From: a bacterium
GTDB taxonomy: Bacteria > Actinomycetota > Coriobacteriia > Coriobacteriales > Eggerthellaceae
Assembly: GCA_963639885.1 (NCBI GenBank)
Contig: CAVHXL010000001.1
Location: forward strand, 1-37,375
Length of the DNA: 37,375 bases
Direction of reading: 5' to 3'
Shown here: positions 15,386 through 24,951 of the stretch, piece by piece
How the letters are laid out: each line of letters begins with the position of its first letter
Position numbering within the stretch: the first letter of the stretch is position 1
Notes under the pieces: model-generated
The model's input: the letters and a program-made list of their open reading frames with translations, nothing else
Database searches by the model: none
What the model was told of the DNA's origin: nothing
Translations under genes and position numbers: made by a program

Positions 15386-16210
15386 CTACGCCTCCTGGGA
15401 GGCGGGCTTATCGGAGGCCTCGGCGGCCTCAGCCTCGCTGGATGCGCGAGACCCGCCAGCCGCGGCCGGCTCTTCCGGCGCGCCTTGAGCGCCCGCGTCG
15501 GCCCCGTTTCTCACCTTGTAATCGACCAGCGGGTTGCCCGTGTAGCCCGCCGGCAGGGACACGCCCTGCTTGCGCGCGAGATCGGCCTGCTCGATGATGC
15601 AGTTCATCAGCGACTCGAGCGTGTTGGTGTACTTGGCGTACCACAGCGTGCGAATCTTCGAGAGAACCAGGGAGAACACGGCCACGACCAGGCCGCACAC
15701 CGTCGCATCGAAGGCCACCAGAAGCGATGATGACAGCGTTGCGATGTTGCCCTGGCCCATGGCCACGATGCCCGGGCCGAGCGGGATGAGCGTTCCCATC
15801 AAACCGAGCATCGGCGCGATTTTCGAGATGGTGTCCGTCACCGCGACGCGGCGCTTGTAGCGGCCCTCCACGTTCTCCAGCTGCGTGGAGGCCATGGACA
15901 GCAACGCCTCCTCGGGAAGGCCCATGTTGCGCGACACCATGATGAGCGCCGCCTTCTGGAAGCGCAGAAGCGCGCTTTCGGCGACGATGCGCGTGATGTT
16001 GCCGTAATCCGCATCGTTGATCTGGTTGATGATCTGCGCGATGTTCTGCTTGTAGTGCCGTCGCTCGGTGAAGAACTCGGCGATGATCTGGCCGAGCAGG
16101 ACGAGCGAGACCAGCAGCATCAGGATGATGATGACCATCGTCGGGCCCAAAAGCGCCTGCGCGATGTCGTGCAGGATATCCGGTAAGTAAGTATCTTCCA
16201 AAACGTTCAT
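15386..16210 (-). CDS. MotA/TolQ/ExbB proton-channel family protein
   Basis: Three TMs; APMLGLMGTLIPLG and LLVAFDATVCGL match the ExbB/TolQ TM2 and TM3 pattern; RBS AAAGG. Confidence 0.9.
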   Translation of the reverse strand: MNVLEDTYLPDILHDIAQALLGPTMVIIILMLLVSLVLLGQIIAEFFTERRHYKQNIAQIINQINDADYGNITRIVAESALLRFQKAALIMVSRNMGLPEEALLSMASTQLENVEGRYKRRVAVTDTISKIAPMLGLMGTLIPLGPGIVAMGQGNIATLSSSLLVAFDATVCGLVVAVFSLVLSKIRTLWYAKYTNTLESLMNCIIEQADLARKQGVSLPAGYTGNPLVDYKVRNGADAGAQGAPEEPAAAGGSRASSEAEAAEASDKPASQEA

Positions 16211-16228
16211 TGCGCGGACTGCCTTTCG

Positions 16229-17380
16229 CTAGCTCTTCGAATACGGCGGGTAACTGTTGCCGAGCATCTTGAGTGCCTGCTCGTCGGTGATATCGACCCA
16301 ATACAGCGTGCTGTAGAACTTCTTCGTCTCCTCGACCATGTCGACGTCGTACAGGTCGGGGTAGAGCATGTTGGCGACCCACTGAAGGCCCAGCATGCGA
16401 TTGACTCCCGGCGGGCGATCGCACCATGAGAACGGGGTGGAAGGCATGGTGTAGACGCGATTGTTCTTGACGGCCTGGATGTTGGCCCATTTCTCATCCG
16501 TGCGGATAAGCTCGTCGGCGCCTCCGAGCACCTCGGAGTCCCATGCGACGATGACCTCGGGATCCCACTTGTACACCGATTCCAGCGAGACGTTCGTCAT
16601 GCCCAAATCGACCGTGAGCTCGACCTGCGCGACGTTTTTCGCCTTGGCGGCCTCGAAGCAGCTTGCGTGCTGCGAGATGTTCGGCTCGGTGTTCAGGCCG
16701 AACGCGCCCTCGGCGTAATACAGGGAAACCCGCTGATCGTCGGTGACCGGCTCGAGCGCGGTCGTGACATCATGGTAGATGCCCTCAAGATAGGTGGCGA
16801 TGGCCTCGGCGCGCTCGGGCACGCCCAAGATATCGCCGACGAAGCGATACGCATCGCCGATGACGTCGAACGAGCCGTCAACCAGCACAACCGGGATATC
16901 GGTGGCGTTCTGCAGACCCTCGGCATCGGTGATGTTCGACGCACTCAAGCCCACGCCGGATATGCTGAACACCAGCTGGATGCCCTCGGCGAGCAGCTGT
17001 TCGCGATCTATCTCGCCGCCATCGGACAGCGAGCCCATATAGGGGAGCTCGTTGATGCCCTCGGGCAGAAACTCCAGCTGCTCTTTCGTGAAGCGGCCGG
17101 ACGTGCCTCCCTGCACCTCGGGCTTGAGCGAGAACACGTACACCTGCGCCAGCCCCGAGGTGAAGTACACCTTTTCAATGGCGTTGGCCGTGGGGATGGT
17201 CAGCTCGCGGCCCGCATGGTCGGTGATCTTGCGCTTATTGCGGAAGAACGCATCCCCCGCCTCGGATACGCAGCCGCTCATCGCGCCCGCGGCCGGCAAG
17301 GCGGCGGCGGTAAGCGCCGCCGTGGCGCCGACGCGCACGAAATCGCGTCGAGTGAGCAACTGTGCGGATTCGTCTTGCAT
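16229..17380 (-). CDS. Tat-exported lipoprotein, class III (Fe/B12/TroA-like) ABC substrate-binding protein
   Basis: TRRDFV twin-arginine motif; lipobox MSGC; ITDHAGRELTIP, VSLESVYKWDPEVI, AVKNNRVY, PFSWCDRPP. Confidence 0.9.
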   Translation of the reverse strand: MQDESAQLLTRRDFVRVGATAALTAAALPAAGAMSGCVSEAGDAFFRNKRKITDHAGRELTIPTANAIEKVYFTSGLAQVYVFSLKPEVQGGTSGRFTKEQLEFLPEGINELPYMGSLSDGGEIDREQLLAEGIQLVFSISGVGLSASNITDAEGLQNATDIPVVLVDGSFDVIGDAYRFVGDILGVPERAEAIATYLEGIYHDVTTALEPVTDDQRVSLYYAEGAFGLNTEPNISQHASCFEAAKAKNVAQVELTVDLGMTNVSLESVYKWDPEVIVAWDSEVLGGADELIRTDEKWANIQAVKNNRVYTMPSTPFSWCDRPPGVNRMLGLQWVANMLYPDLYDVDMVEETKKFYSTLYWVDITDEQALKMLGNSYPPYSKS

Positions 17381-17386
17381 TCGGCT

Positions 17387-18055
17387 TTACCCTTCCTGTC
17401 TCACATCGTAGCCGCCGAGCAGCGCCGCGCCGAAAGACGCGCCATCCTCGACAGCCCAGGCGCCCTCATCGTTTCGCACCATGTACAGGGCGAAGGGCGC
17501 TTCGGTGCTGATCTGGCCCACGTTTTGCCACACGTCGGCGGCATAGGTCGCCATGACGGCGGTGTTGCCGGCGAGAGCAGCCTGCTGATATGCGTCGCCA
17601 AGCAGGTCCGTCGCCTGCTTGCCGTCGCGCGTCGTGAAGTTTACGAGCACCTCGACCGACCCATCCTGCATGTCGCGCAACCCCGCGACCTCATAGGAGA
17701 ACCCGTCGAAGAAACCGGCGATGAACTCGTCGTAGGAAAGTCCGCACACAGCCGGGTCGAAGCGCGACGCCGCGAGGTAAGGCTCGAGCGCGGCTGCGTC
17801 TCGGGCGCAAACGGCATCCAAAACGGCAACCGCGGCGTCGCGGGCCGCGCTCGCCCCTTCGCTCGGCTGCGCGCTCATCTCAGCCTCATAGGCTTGCTGC
17901 GCCTGCTCAGCCAGGCGCGCGCTGCGGTCCGATGCGCTTTCCTGGTCAGATGCACCGGCGGCGTTGCCGCTCGCGGCGCCGAAGGCGCAGCCGGAGGCGG
18001 CCAGGGACGCCGACAGCAGCAGCGTCGCCGCAACCGCGGCGATTGTGCGCTTCAT
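17387..18055 (-). CDS. Lipoprotein of unknown function
   Basis: Likely ATG 18055 (MKRTIAAV) with RBS GGGGG; lipobox ASGC; acidic mature domain ending MVRNDEGAWAV. Confidence 0.8.
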   Translation of the reverse strand: MKRTIAAVAATLLLSASLAASGCAFGAASGNAAGASDQESASDRSARLAEQAQQAYEAEMSAQPSEGASAARDAAVAVLDAVCARDAAALEPYLAASRFDPAVCGLSYDEFIAGFFDGFSYEVAGLRDMQDGSVEVLVNFTTRDGKQATDLLGDAYQQAALAGNTAVMATYAADVWQNVGQISTEAPFALYMVRNDEGAWAVEDGASFGAALLGGYDVRQEG

Positions 18056-18076
18056 GTGTTTCCCCCGAATGGTCAT

Positions 18077-21000
18077 CTACTGCAGCAGCTCCTTCAGGTA
18101 CGCCTCAAGGCTCATCGGCAAAACGCCGTCACCGCCAAGCAGGTAGCACGCATCGACCTTCGACGCGTTCGGCGCCAGCAGCTCGTCGGCGAAGGTCATG
18201 TCATAGCCGTCGGTAAGCACGAGTATGCCGCCGCACGATCCGGCAAGCGGGCCGCCGGCCAGCGCGTCGGGGAAGTTCACGCCCGTCGCAACGCAAACGC
18301 GCGAGAGGGAAAGCCCCTCGTCAACCTCATGCTTGGCGATCTCAAGCGAAGTGTCGTAGCGGGTTTGGCCGTACCAACGCTCGAATTCAAGGCCGGGAAG
18401 CTGAGCTTGAACGCCATCGGAGACGCAGATCTCGCCGCCAACGGCTACGATGCGCGTCGCGCCGGATGCCTTGATGGCGGCAATCGCCTCGTCCGAAAGC
18501 AGCTTGTCGCCCTCCACCAGCACCACCGGCGCGTTCTTCGCATACGAGAACGGGCTGATGGACAGCGAGTCGGCCGCGTTGTCCGCACGCGCAAGCACCA
18601 CCGTGTCGACATGCGAGCCTGCCGCCTCCATGGCGGAGACGACCTTGTCGAGCGATTCGAGCGAGGTGAGCTGACGCGTCTGGCCCGCCACGCGCTCGGC
18701 GTCGACGCCTATCGCCGCCAGGTCTGAAAGCACGGTATCGGAAAGCGCCGCGCTTCCGCCCATGACGAGCGCCTTCGTCGCGCCCAGGCGCACGATTTGC
18801 CGTTTAGCCTGCTCGGAAAGCGATTCTTTGTTGGTAAGCACGATGGGGGAACCGTATGCCCCCGCCAAGGCGGACGCCGAAAGCGCGTCGGGGAACGACT
18901 GGGCCGTCGCGACGATGACCGTATCGCTGCTCTCAAAGCCCTCGTTCACGACAGCCTCCATGGTGTCGAGGCGCGTCTGCCCCGAAAGGCGTTTCACCTC
19001 GGAAACGTGCTTGGCCGAGATGCTGAACGTGACGCTCTTCGTGCCCACGTAGCCGCCGAGGCCGGTGATGGTCGCCGTCGCCGTGCCGGGCGCGGTGTTG
19101 TTCGCGTACGAAACCGCGTAATCGACGCCGGCCGAAAGCTTCACGCCGCCAAGCGTCACCGAGAGCGCCGGTTCGACGGCCTCGCCGGAACCCTCAACGA
19201 TGACCTGGTCGTCAACGGCGGCGATCTCGGCCTGCGCAAGGTCGCCGACATATGCGACGAACGAGAAGTTATGCCCGCCGTTTTCCGTCGAGCCCGACAC
19301 GGCGGCGTTGGCCGCGGCAAGCGCCTTAACCGCGCTCGCAGCGCTTCTGCCCACCACGCGCACCGGCGTCTGCGCGCCACCGACGTAGTTGAAGGAGTTC
19401 GATCCGACCGAGGACGGCAGCGTCGCCGACACCGTCTCGAACTCGAGCAACGTCAGCTTCGAGCAGTTCGCGAACGCCATTTTGCCGATGGTCGTCACAC
19501 CGGCCGGGAAATGGAACTCGGCAAGGTTGCCGCAATACTGGAACGCGTTATCGCCGATGGTGGCCAGCTTGGAGGATTTCTCGAAGGAGACGCTCTCGAT
19601 GTCGGGGTGAGCCGTCGCCACGCCGCCGAACGCATATTTCTCGATCGTGGTCACGCTCGCGGGGATGACGACGCTTCTGACGCGCTTCTTGCAATCCTGG
19701 TAGGCGCCCTCGTAGCAGGAGCTCTTCGGACCGCCGAAGGCGTTCTCGCCGATAATGGCGACAGGATAGCTCACGCCGTCACGCTCCACCTGCGATGGGA
19801 TAACCAGATCGAGCTTGCCTTCGCTTGAGCCCGTGTACGTGAAGCCGGTGATCTTGGCCACCTGCTGACCGTCGACGGAGACGACATCCCATGCATATTC
19901 GAACGGGTCCTCATCGACGATATCGAACGTGCCGGACACGGTGCCCGCAAAGCGCCCCTGACCGACGACGGTGTAGCTTGCCGTGCCGGGGGCGGTGTTG
20001 TTCTGATACGTGATGGTGTAATCGGCGCCTTCGGCGAGCCTGTTGCCAGCGTAGTACACCTTCACCGGGCAGGCCGGCTCGCCCTCGAAGGGCACGCCGC
20101 CCTCGGGAAGCTCGATGCAGGTCTCGTCAAGCTGCGCCTTGTTGCCCCGGTCGGCGATCTTTATCAGCATGTTCTCGTAGTTGCTGAAGTTCGAGCCGGC
20201 CACATAGCGAACCATCACCGATCCCCAGCAGGTTTCGCCCGCCTCGCCGATGTTGTTCTTGCTGACATGGATGTTCTCGGCGTCGGTGTTGCCATCCGAG
20301 CCCAAATCGCCGTACAGCACGATGTAATCGCGGTCCAAAACCAGGTCGCGGTCAAGGTACTTCACACCGCTGACCTCAGGTTTCACCGGATAGCCCGTAT
20401 AGTCGAGCACCGGGATCTTGCTCTCGTCGTCCTCGGATGTGCTGTTCGTGGAGCTGTGCCACGGATAGTCGTTGCCCAGATAGCTGATGGTCGCCTCGCC
20501 ATCGAGGGAGAACGTGTTCATGAACTTCGCCTTCGAGATGACGAACGTGCCGGCGAGGGTGCCCTCGTAGTCGCTGGCATCGGTGGCCGCGATGGCGACA
20601 TCGTACATGCCGGCGTCGACAGCCTCCCCCGACAGCTCCCATGTGAACTCATCCGCGCCAAGCGCGATACCGGCCGAGTTCTTCACCGTGACCCCTGCGG
20701 GCTGCTGCGCCTCCCAATTGAACACCTTCGAATCGATTACGGCCGTGCACTGCGAAAGGTCGCCCTTGTCGATGCCGTACGACACGCTCGCCGCCGAGGT
20801 GCCCTCATAGCGCCCGATGCCCACGATGGTCGCGCGGTAGGGTTTGTCGGACGTGCGCGCGATGGCGCCCTCCTGCGGGACGACGCGGTAATCGACGTTT
20901 TGCAGCAGCTTCACGCCGTTCAGGGTCGCCGAAACCGTCGGGGCCGACTCGGTGCCGGTGTACTTCGCATTGGCGGCAAGCGTCAGGGATGCCTCCGAGA

Positions 21001-22975
21001 TGTCCTTCTTCGCGTAGCCGCTCACCTGCCAGCTCAATACGGGGAAGCCGCCGTTGTCGGTCCCGTTCGAGGAGGTCCAGTAGGTTTGCCACCCGCTTGC
21101 GGCCGCCGTGGAGTTCAGAAGCTCGAAGACCGAGTCCATATCCCCCTCGGCCATCACCTCCTCGCCGTCTTGCACGGTGCGATAGCGATAATGCATCGAG
21201 GTCGTGCCCTTGAGGCTGTCCTCGGCCTTTTGCAGAACCACCTTGCCCGACGCGTCCTTCTTATCGGTGCAGATGAAGTTGTTCGCGGCGGTACCGTTGG
21301 CGTCATCGTCGGTGGAGACCTCGCCATAGGTCATCTGGGCGTCGGGGCACGAACCGTCGAGCGCCGTGTTGTCGTAGACGTATCCCTCGTTGTTGCCGAC
21401 GATGTGGCGCGCGCGGAAGCCCGCCTGCGTCTCGATGCTGCCGGCATTGTAGTTGTTGTACGCCGTCGAAAGCGGGCTGTTGCGCACCTGCGTGCCCGTC
21501 GTCGTATCGGTCTTCGTGTAATGCAAAACGCCGCCCGCGATACCCGCGGAATAGTAGCCTTGAGCGCCCTTGAGCGTGCATGCGGCTTCGTTATCCCAGG
21601 TAGCAGAGGCAACGATACCCAAATTTCCGCAGAAGCCGACGTCGCCGTACGTGCGTCCGACGATGCCCGCCACAAACGGCTTGTTCCAGCGCGTGCCGAC
21701 GACGATCGTTTCCCTGCTCGACCTGTCGCGGCCGTTCATGCAGCCGGTGATGGTGGTATAGGTTCCCGCTTGCCCCACGATGCCGCCGACCGCCGCGCGC
21801 GCATAGACGATGCCGATGTTGACGCACTCGGTGGCGACGATCGGGTCGTCGGCCGATCCCTCGTCCGAACCCTCGCCGCTGTAGTTGCCGTTGTCCGTCG
21901 ACTCGACCGAGCGCAGCGCGCCGACGATGCCGCCGGCGATGGAGGCGTTCTCGATGTTGAGATAGCCGTAGTTCGTGCAGGAGCTCACGCTGCCGCGCGC
22001 GTAGCCCGCGATGCCGCCGACGTTGGAGGACTGGGCGGAAACGGCCATGCCGAAGCGGTCGGTGCCCGCCTCGGAGGGCGTGTCGATTTTGATGGAGTCG
22101 TTCTTGTTGTTGTCGCCGGAGCCGCTGCCCTCGTTAACGCAATTAACGATACTGCCGTGGGAATCGGCCGTGGACGTCGTTCTCGACTTGGTGACGTCGC
22201 CCTGATAACCCGCCACGCCGCCAACGTAGCTCACGAGCACGGCCTCGTCGAACTCGCTTACCGGATCGGACGTTGCCGAGATATCGATCAGGCCGGCGAA
22301 GGTGCAGTCGATCAGGCTGCCGTAGCAGGTGCCGGCGATGCCGCCGACGCGCTCGATAACCGAGGTTTCCGTCTCGGACTTCTGCACGGCGGCCGAATCC
22401 ATCTTGATGGAGCCCCTGATCGTGCACCCGACGATGGAGCCCTCGCTGCGCCCGACCAAAAGGCCGATATCGGAAAGGAAGGCCCCCTCCTGCTCGGTTA
22501 CGGAACGCGTGATCTTCACCGACTTGCCCAGCGTCGTGTCCTGGATCATCGAGCTTGCACCTGTGTAGCCGAACAGGCCCACGCAGGTATCGGCCGAGCT
22601 GTCGATGACGATGTTGTCGATCGTTTTTCCCGCGCCGTCGAAGGTGCCGTTGAAGGGCTTCTCCGCGGTTCCGATCGGCGTCACGGTCATGCCGCGCCCG
22701 TTCACGTCGCCGGAAAGCGTGATGGTTTTGCCGGTGAAGTCCACACCGCTTGACACCAGCTCGCCGATGCCCGCTATCTGCGCGATGCTCTTCACCGTGA
22801 AAGTGGTTTTGGAAGCGTCGTACCACGAGGTATCCGGAGTTGCCGTCGCGGCGGCAACGATGGAGCCGGCCTCGCTCGATGCCTCGGCCCAGGCAGCGGC
22901 AGGCACCATGCCAAGCGCCAAGGTTGCGGCAAGCACGACGCTTGCGCAAGCGTTCCCGAATCGATGTTTCATCAT
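18077..22975 (-). CDS. Large cell-surface protein: GLUG-like repeats, Ig-like repeats, BspA-type LRR, three CWB2 repeats
   Basis: Signal peptide ends AAWA; many (V/A)GGI(A/V)G repeats; about 5 L..G.DY...Y.NN..PGTA repeats; VTTIEKYAF, TIGDNAF, TTIGKMAF; RLSGQTR..FPDALS CWB2 motifs; ATGA overlap with the upstream stop. Confidence 0.9.
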   Translation of the reverse strand: MMKHRFGNACASVVLAATLALGMVPAAAWAEASSEAGSIVAAATATPDTSWYDASKTTFTVKSIAQIAGIGELVSSGVDFTGKTITLSGDVNGRGMTVTPIGTAEKPFNGTFDGAGKTIDNIVIDSSADTCVGLFGYTGASSMIQDTTLGKSVKITRSVTEQEGAFLSDIGLLVGRSEGSIVGCTIRGSIKMDSAAVQKSETETSVIERVGGIAGTCYGSLIDCTFAGLIDISATSDPVSEFDEAVLVSYVGGVAGYQGDVTKSRTTSTADSHGSIVNCVNEGSGSGDNNKNDSIKIDTPSEAGTDRFGMAVSAQSSNVGGIAGYARGSVSSCTNYGYLNIENASIAGGIVGALRSVESTDNGNYSGEGSDEGSADDPIVATECVNIGIVYARAAVGGIVGQAGTYTTITGCMNGRDRSSRETIVVGTRWNKPFVAGIVGRTYGDVGFCGNLGIVASATWDNEAACTLKGAQGYYSAGIAGGVLHYTKTDTTTGTQVRNSPLSTAYNNYNAGSIETQAGFRARHIVGNNEGYVYDNTALDGSCPDAQMTYGEVSTDDDANGTAANNFICTDKKDASGKVVLQKAEDSLKGTTSMHYRYRTVQDGEEVMAEGDMDSVFELLNSTAAASGWQTYWTSSNGTDNGGFPVLSWQVSGYAKKDISEASLTLAANAKYTGTESAPTVSATLNGVKLLQNVDYRVVPQEGAIARTSDKPYRATIVGIGRYEGTSAASVSYGIDKGDLSQCTAVIDSKVFNWEAQQPAGVTVKNSAGIALGADEFTWELSGEAVDAGMYDVAIAATDASDYEGTLAGTFVISKAKFMNTFSLDGEATISYLGNDYPWHSSTNSTSEDDESKIPVLDYTGYPVKPEVSGVKYLDRDLVLDRDYIVLYGDLGSDGNTDAENIHVSKNNIGEAGETCWGSVMVRYVAGSNFSNYENMLIKIADRGNKAQLDETCIELPEGGVPFEGEPACPVKVYYAGNRLAEGADYTITYQNNTAPGTASYTVVGQGRFAGTVSGTFDIVDEDPFEYAWDVVSVDGQQVAKITGFTYTGSSEGKLDLVIPSQVERDGVSYPVAIIGENAFGGPKSSCYEGAYQDCKKRVRSVVIPASVTTIEKYAFGGVATAHPDIESVSFEKSSKLATIGDNAFQYCGNLAEFHFPAGVTTIGKMAFANCSKLTLLEFETVSATLPSSVGSNSFNYVGGAQTPVRVVGRSAASAVKALAAANAAVSGSTENGGHNFSFVAYVGDLAQAEIAAVDDQVIVEGSGEAVEPALSVTLGGVKLSAGVDYAVSYANNTAPGTATATITGLGGYVGTKSVTFSISAKHVSEVKRLSGQTRLDTMEAVVNEGFESSDTVIVATAQSFPDALSASALAGAYGSPIVLTNKESLSEQAKRQIVRLGATKALVMGGSAALSDTVLSDLAAIGVDAERVAGQTRQLTSLESLDKVVSAMEAAGSHVDTVVLARADNAADSLSISPFSYAKNAPVVLVEGDKLLSDEAIAAIKASGATRIVAVGGEICVSDGVQAQLPGLEFERWYGQTRYDTSLEIAKHEVDEGLSLSRVCVATGVNFPDALAGGPLAGSCGGILVLTDGYDMTFADELLAPNASKVDACYLLGGDGVLPMSLEAYLKELLQ

Positions 22976-24951
22976 GCCGTTCCTCCTAGAGGTTGCTCAT
23001 CCCGGTATTCAAGGGGCCTGCGTTGCCGCGCATACCAAAACGACAGCTGCACCAATCCCGCGACGAAGGCCGCGAGGCATACGGGCACCACGAAAGGCTT
23101 GAAGGGGTTCTGCGCATATTGGATATCGAGGTTGGTCGTGTAGGGGTTCATGATCTGGTAGATGCTGTAAGCGCCCTGCCCGGTGCCGACCTCGTTTGAT
23201 TGCACGCCCGAGCCCCGCTGATCGCCCACGCCGGAGCCGATGCCGGCGATGCCGATGCCATCACCCGCGCCGGACGAGCCCGACCCGCCCGTGCCCGCGC
23301 CGCCGGTGCCTCCGTTCGCGATGACCTGGTTTTGCTGGCTGGGATCGGTTTTCTTGTCCTCGTTCTTGTTATCCGCGTCCGGGTTGTTATTCGGATCATC
23401 GCCGTTGTCGGGGTTGACGGGCGCCGATCCTTTCAGCGTGACGTTGATGCGGTTGATCCACTTGATGGAGTATCCGCTGGTGGAATCGCTGAAGGAGGCC
23501 GAACCCATGAGCAGGCGAAACTGCGTCGCGTCGGATAGGCCCTTGTCCTTGCCCTCGACCACCGAGTACACCGAAAGCCAGTTGCTCTCGAAGGCGAGCA
23601 TTGGCTCGACGCTTTTCACGATGGTGGAAATGCCCGCCACGTAACTGGCCGGATCGTAGGTGTAGCGCGTGGTGAACAGCGCGTCGATGGAAGCCGTGTA
23701 ATTCGCGCGGTCGGCGCCGCTGAGGAACTGCACCGACGCGATGGCGTCAAGACCATCGGCCTGGGCGGTTTCGCACGCATCAACCAGAAGGTTTCGCACG
23801 GAAACGCCGTAGCCCGTCGCCTGCGCGGCGCCGCTCTTGCCGATAAGCGTGTATGTCTCGGTCATGGTGCCGAGCGCGCCGAGGTCCGCGCGCGAATACT
23901 GCTTGTCCTCGATGGTGATGGCCCCTTCAGGCGCTTCCTCGTATTCGATATGGACGGTGAGGGTGTCCTGCGTGTGCGCCTCGCTATCGCCATCGGGGTC
24001 TTCGACCGTGACGGATATCGAGTTCGACATCACCCGGTAATCGGAACTGCAGGCGAAGACGTTGACCAAACCATATTCGCGCTGCCGGTATTCGCCGGTG
24101 GCGGGCTCGACCGCCGCGATCTGGCTGTCGCTCACCTCCCAGCAGAGGTCTTCCAGGTCGGGGTCTTGAGCGGAAAGTTTTCCGTCCTCGGTGCTGAGGC
24201 TTGTGCCGTCTTCTAAGGTGACGACGGCATAAAATTGCAGGTGAACTTCGCTTTTCCGCGTGTCATCAAGGTAAATGTCGTCGGTGGCGTACGCTGAGCT
24301 GTGGATGGAAATGCCCGTGATGGTTTTGCCGGATTGCCCCGACACATAGACGGGAACGACAAGCTCGATGGGATCGCCCGTCAGCGTGTTCTTCGTCATG
24401 GAAACGGTGATCTCGGCCTCACCGTCGCCGCGAGCGATGATCTTGCCATCGCGATCAACCGTCACGATCGCATCATCTGAGGAATGGAACTCCATTCCGG
24501 TTGGGTTGCGCTCGTAGGTATCGTCATTCCACCAGGCGATTCCGTAAAGATCGCCCGTCTGGCCCTGCTTGGTCAGCTCAATCGGGTCGGGTTCGTCGCC
24601 GCTTGAGGCGTAACCGAGGGTGACCTCGCGCTCGTTCATGAGCAGCGTGACGGATATGTCGTCGACATAATGCGTCGGCGCCTGGTCGGACGAGCCGCCT
24701 GCATCGGATCCTTCGCCCGAACCGCCATCAACGGCGAGGACGGCTTCGGTGCCGGAGCCGGCGGACGCTGAGGCGGCGATGGTGGAGGAGGCGGAGGAAG
24801 CGGACCCCGCGTCAGCGGCGAGGGCGAATGCCGTTTGCAGCGAGAAAGAGCAGCTGAAGGTGAGAACGAAGGCTAAAAGCGTGCAAAACGCCTCGTAGGC
24901 GACGCGCCGAGAGCGCGCCACAAACGCGGCCTTGTCCCCTATCGAAAGCAT
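22972..24951 (-). CDS. Membrane-anchored surface protein: Ig-like (Big_2-type) domains plus a molybdopterin-oxidoreductase-like domain
   Basis: RBS AAGGAGG; signal peptide ends AFA; SSDDAIVTVD..G.I.A.G.GEA.ITV; GVSVRNLL..PMLAFE..FRLLMG..KWINRINV; Gly-rich linker; C-terminal TM followed by RQRR. Confidence 0.82.
   Translation of the reverse strand: MLSIGDKAAFVARSRRVAYEAFCTLLAFVLTFSCSFSLQTAFALAADAGSASSASSTIAASASAGSGTEAVLAVDGGSGEGSDAGGSSDQAPTHYVDDISVTLLMNEREVTLGYASSGDEPDPIELTKQGQTGDLYGIAWWNDDTYERNPTGMEFHSSDDAIVTVDRDGKIIARGDGEAEITVSMTKNTLTGDPIELVVPVYVSGQSGKTITGISIHSSAYATDDIYLDDTRKSEVHLQFYAVVTLEDGTSLSTEDGKLSAQDPDLEDLCWEVSDSQIAAVEPATGEYRQREYGLVNVFACSSDYRVMSNSISVTVEDPDGDSEAHTQDTLTVHIEYEEAPEGAITIEDKQYSRADLGALGTMTETYTLIGKSGAAQATGYGVSVRNLLVDACETAQADGLDAIASVQFLSGADRANYTASIDALFTTRYTYDPASYVAGISTIVKSVEPMLAFESNWLSVYSVVEGKDKGLSDATQFRLLMGSASFSDSTSGYSIKWINRINVTLKGSAPVNPDNGDDPNNNPDADNKNEDKKTDPSQQNQVIANGGTGGAGTGGSGSSGAGDGIGIAGIGSGVGDQRGSGVQSNEVGTGQGAYSIYQIMNPYTTNLDIQYAQNPFKPFVVPVCLAAFVAGLVQLSFWYARQRRPLEYRDEQPLGGTA

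Noticed and set aside
14793..16210. Flagellar stator motAB or canonical exbBD/tolQR
   Set aside because: The partner lacks an OmpA-like or ExbD periplasmic domain and matches DUF2149; no flagellar, tonB or tol genes are nearby, so no gene symbol was assigned.
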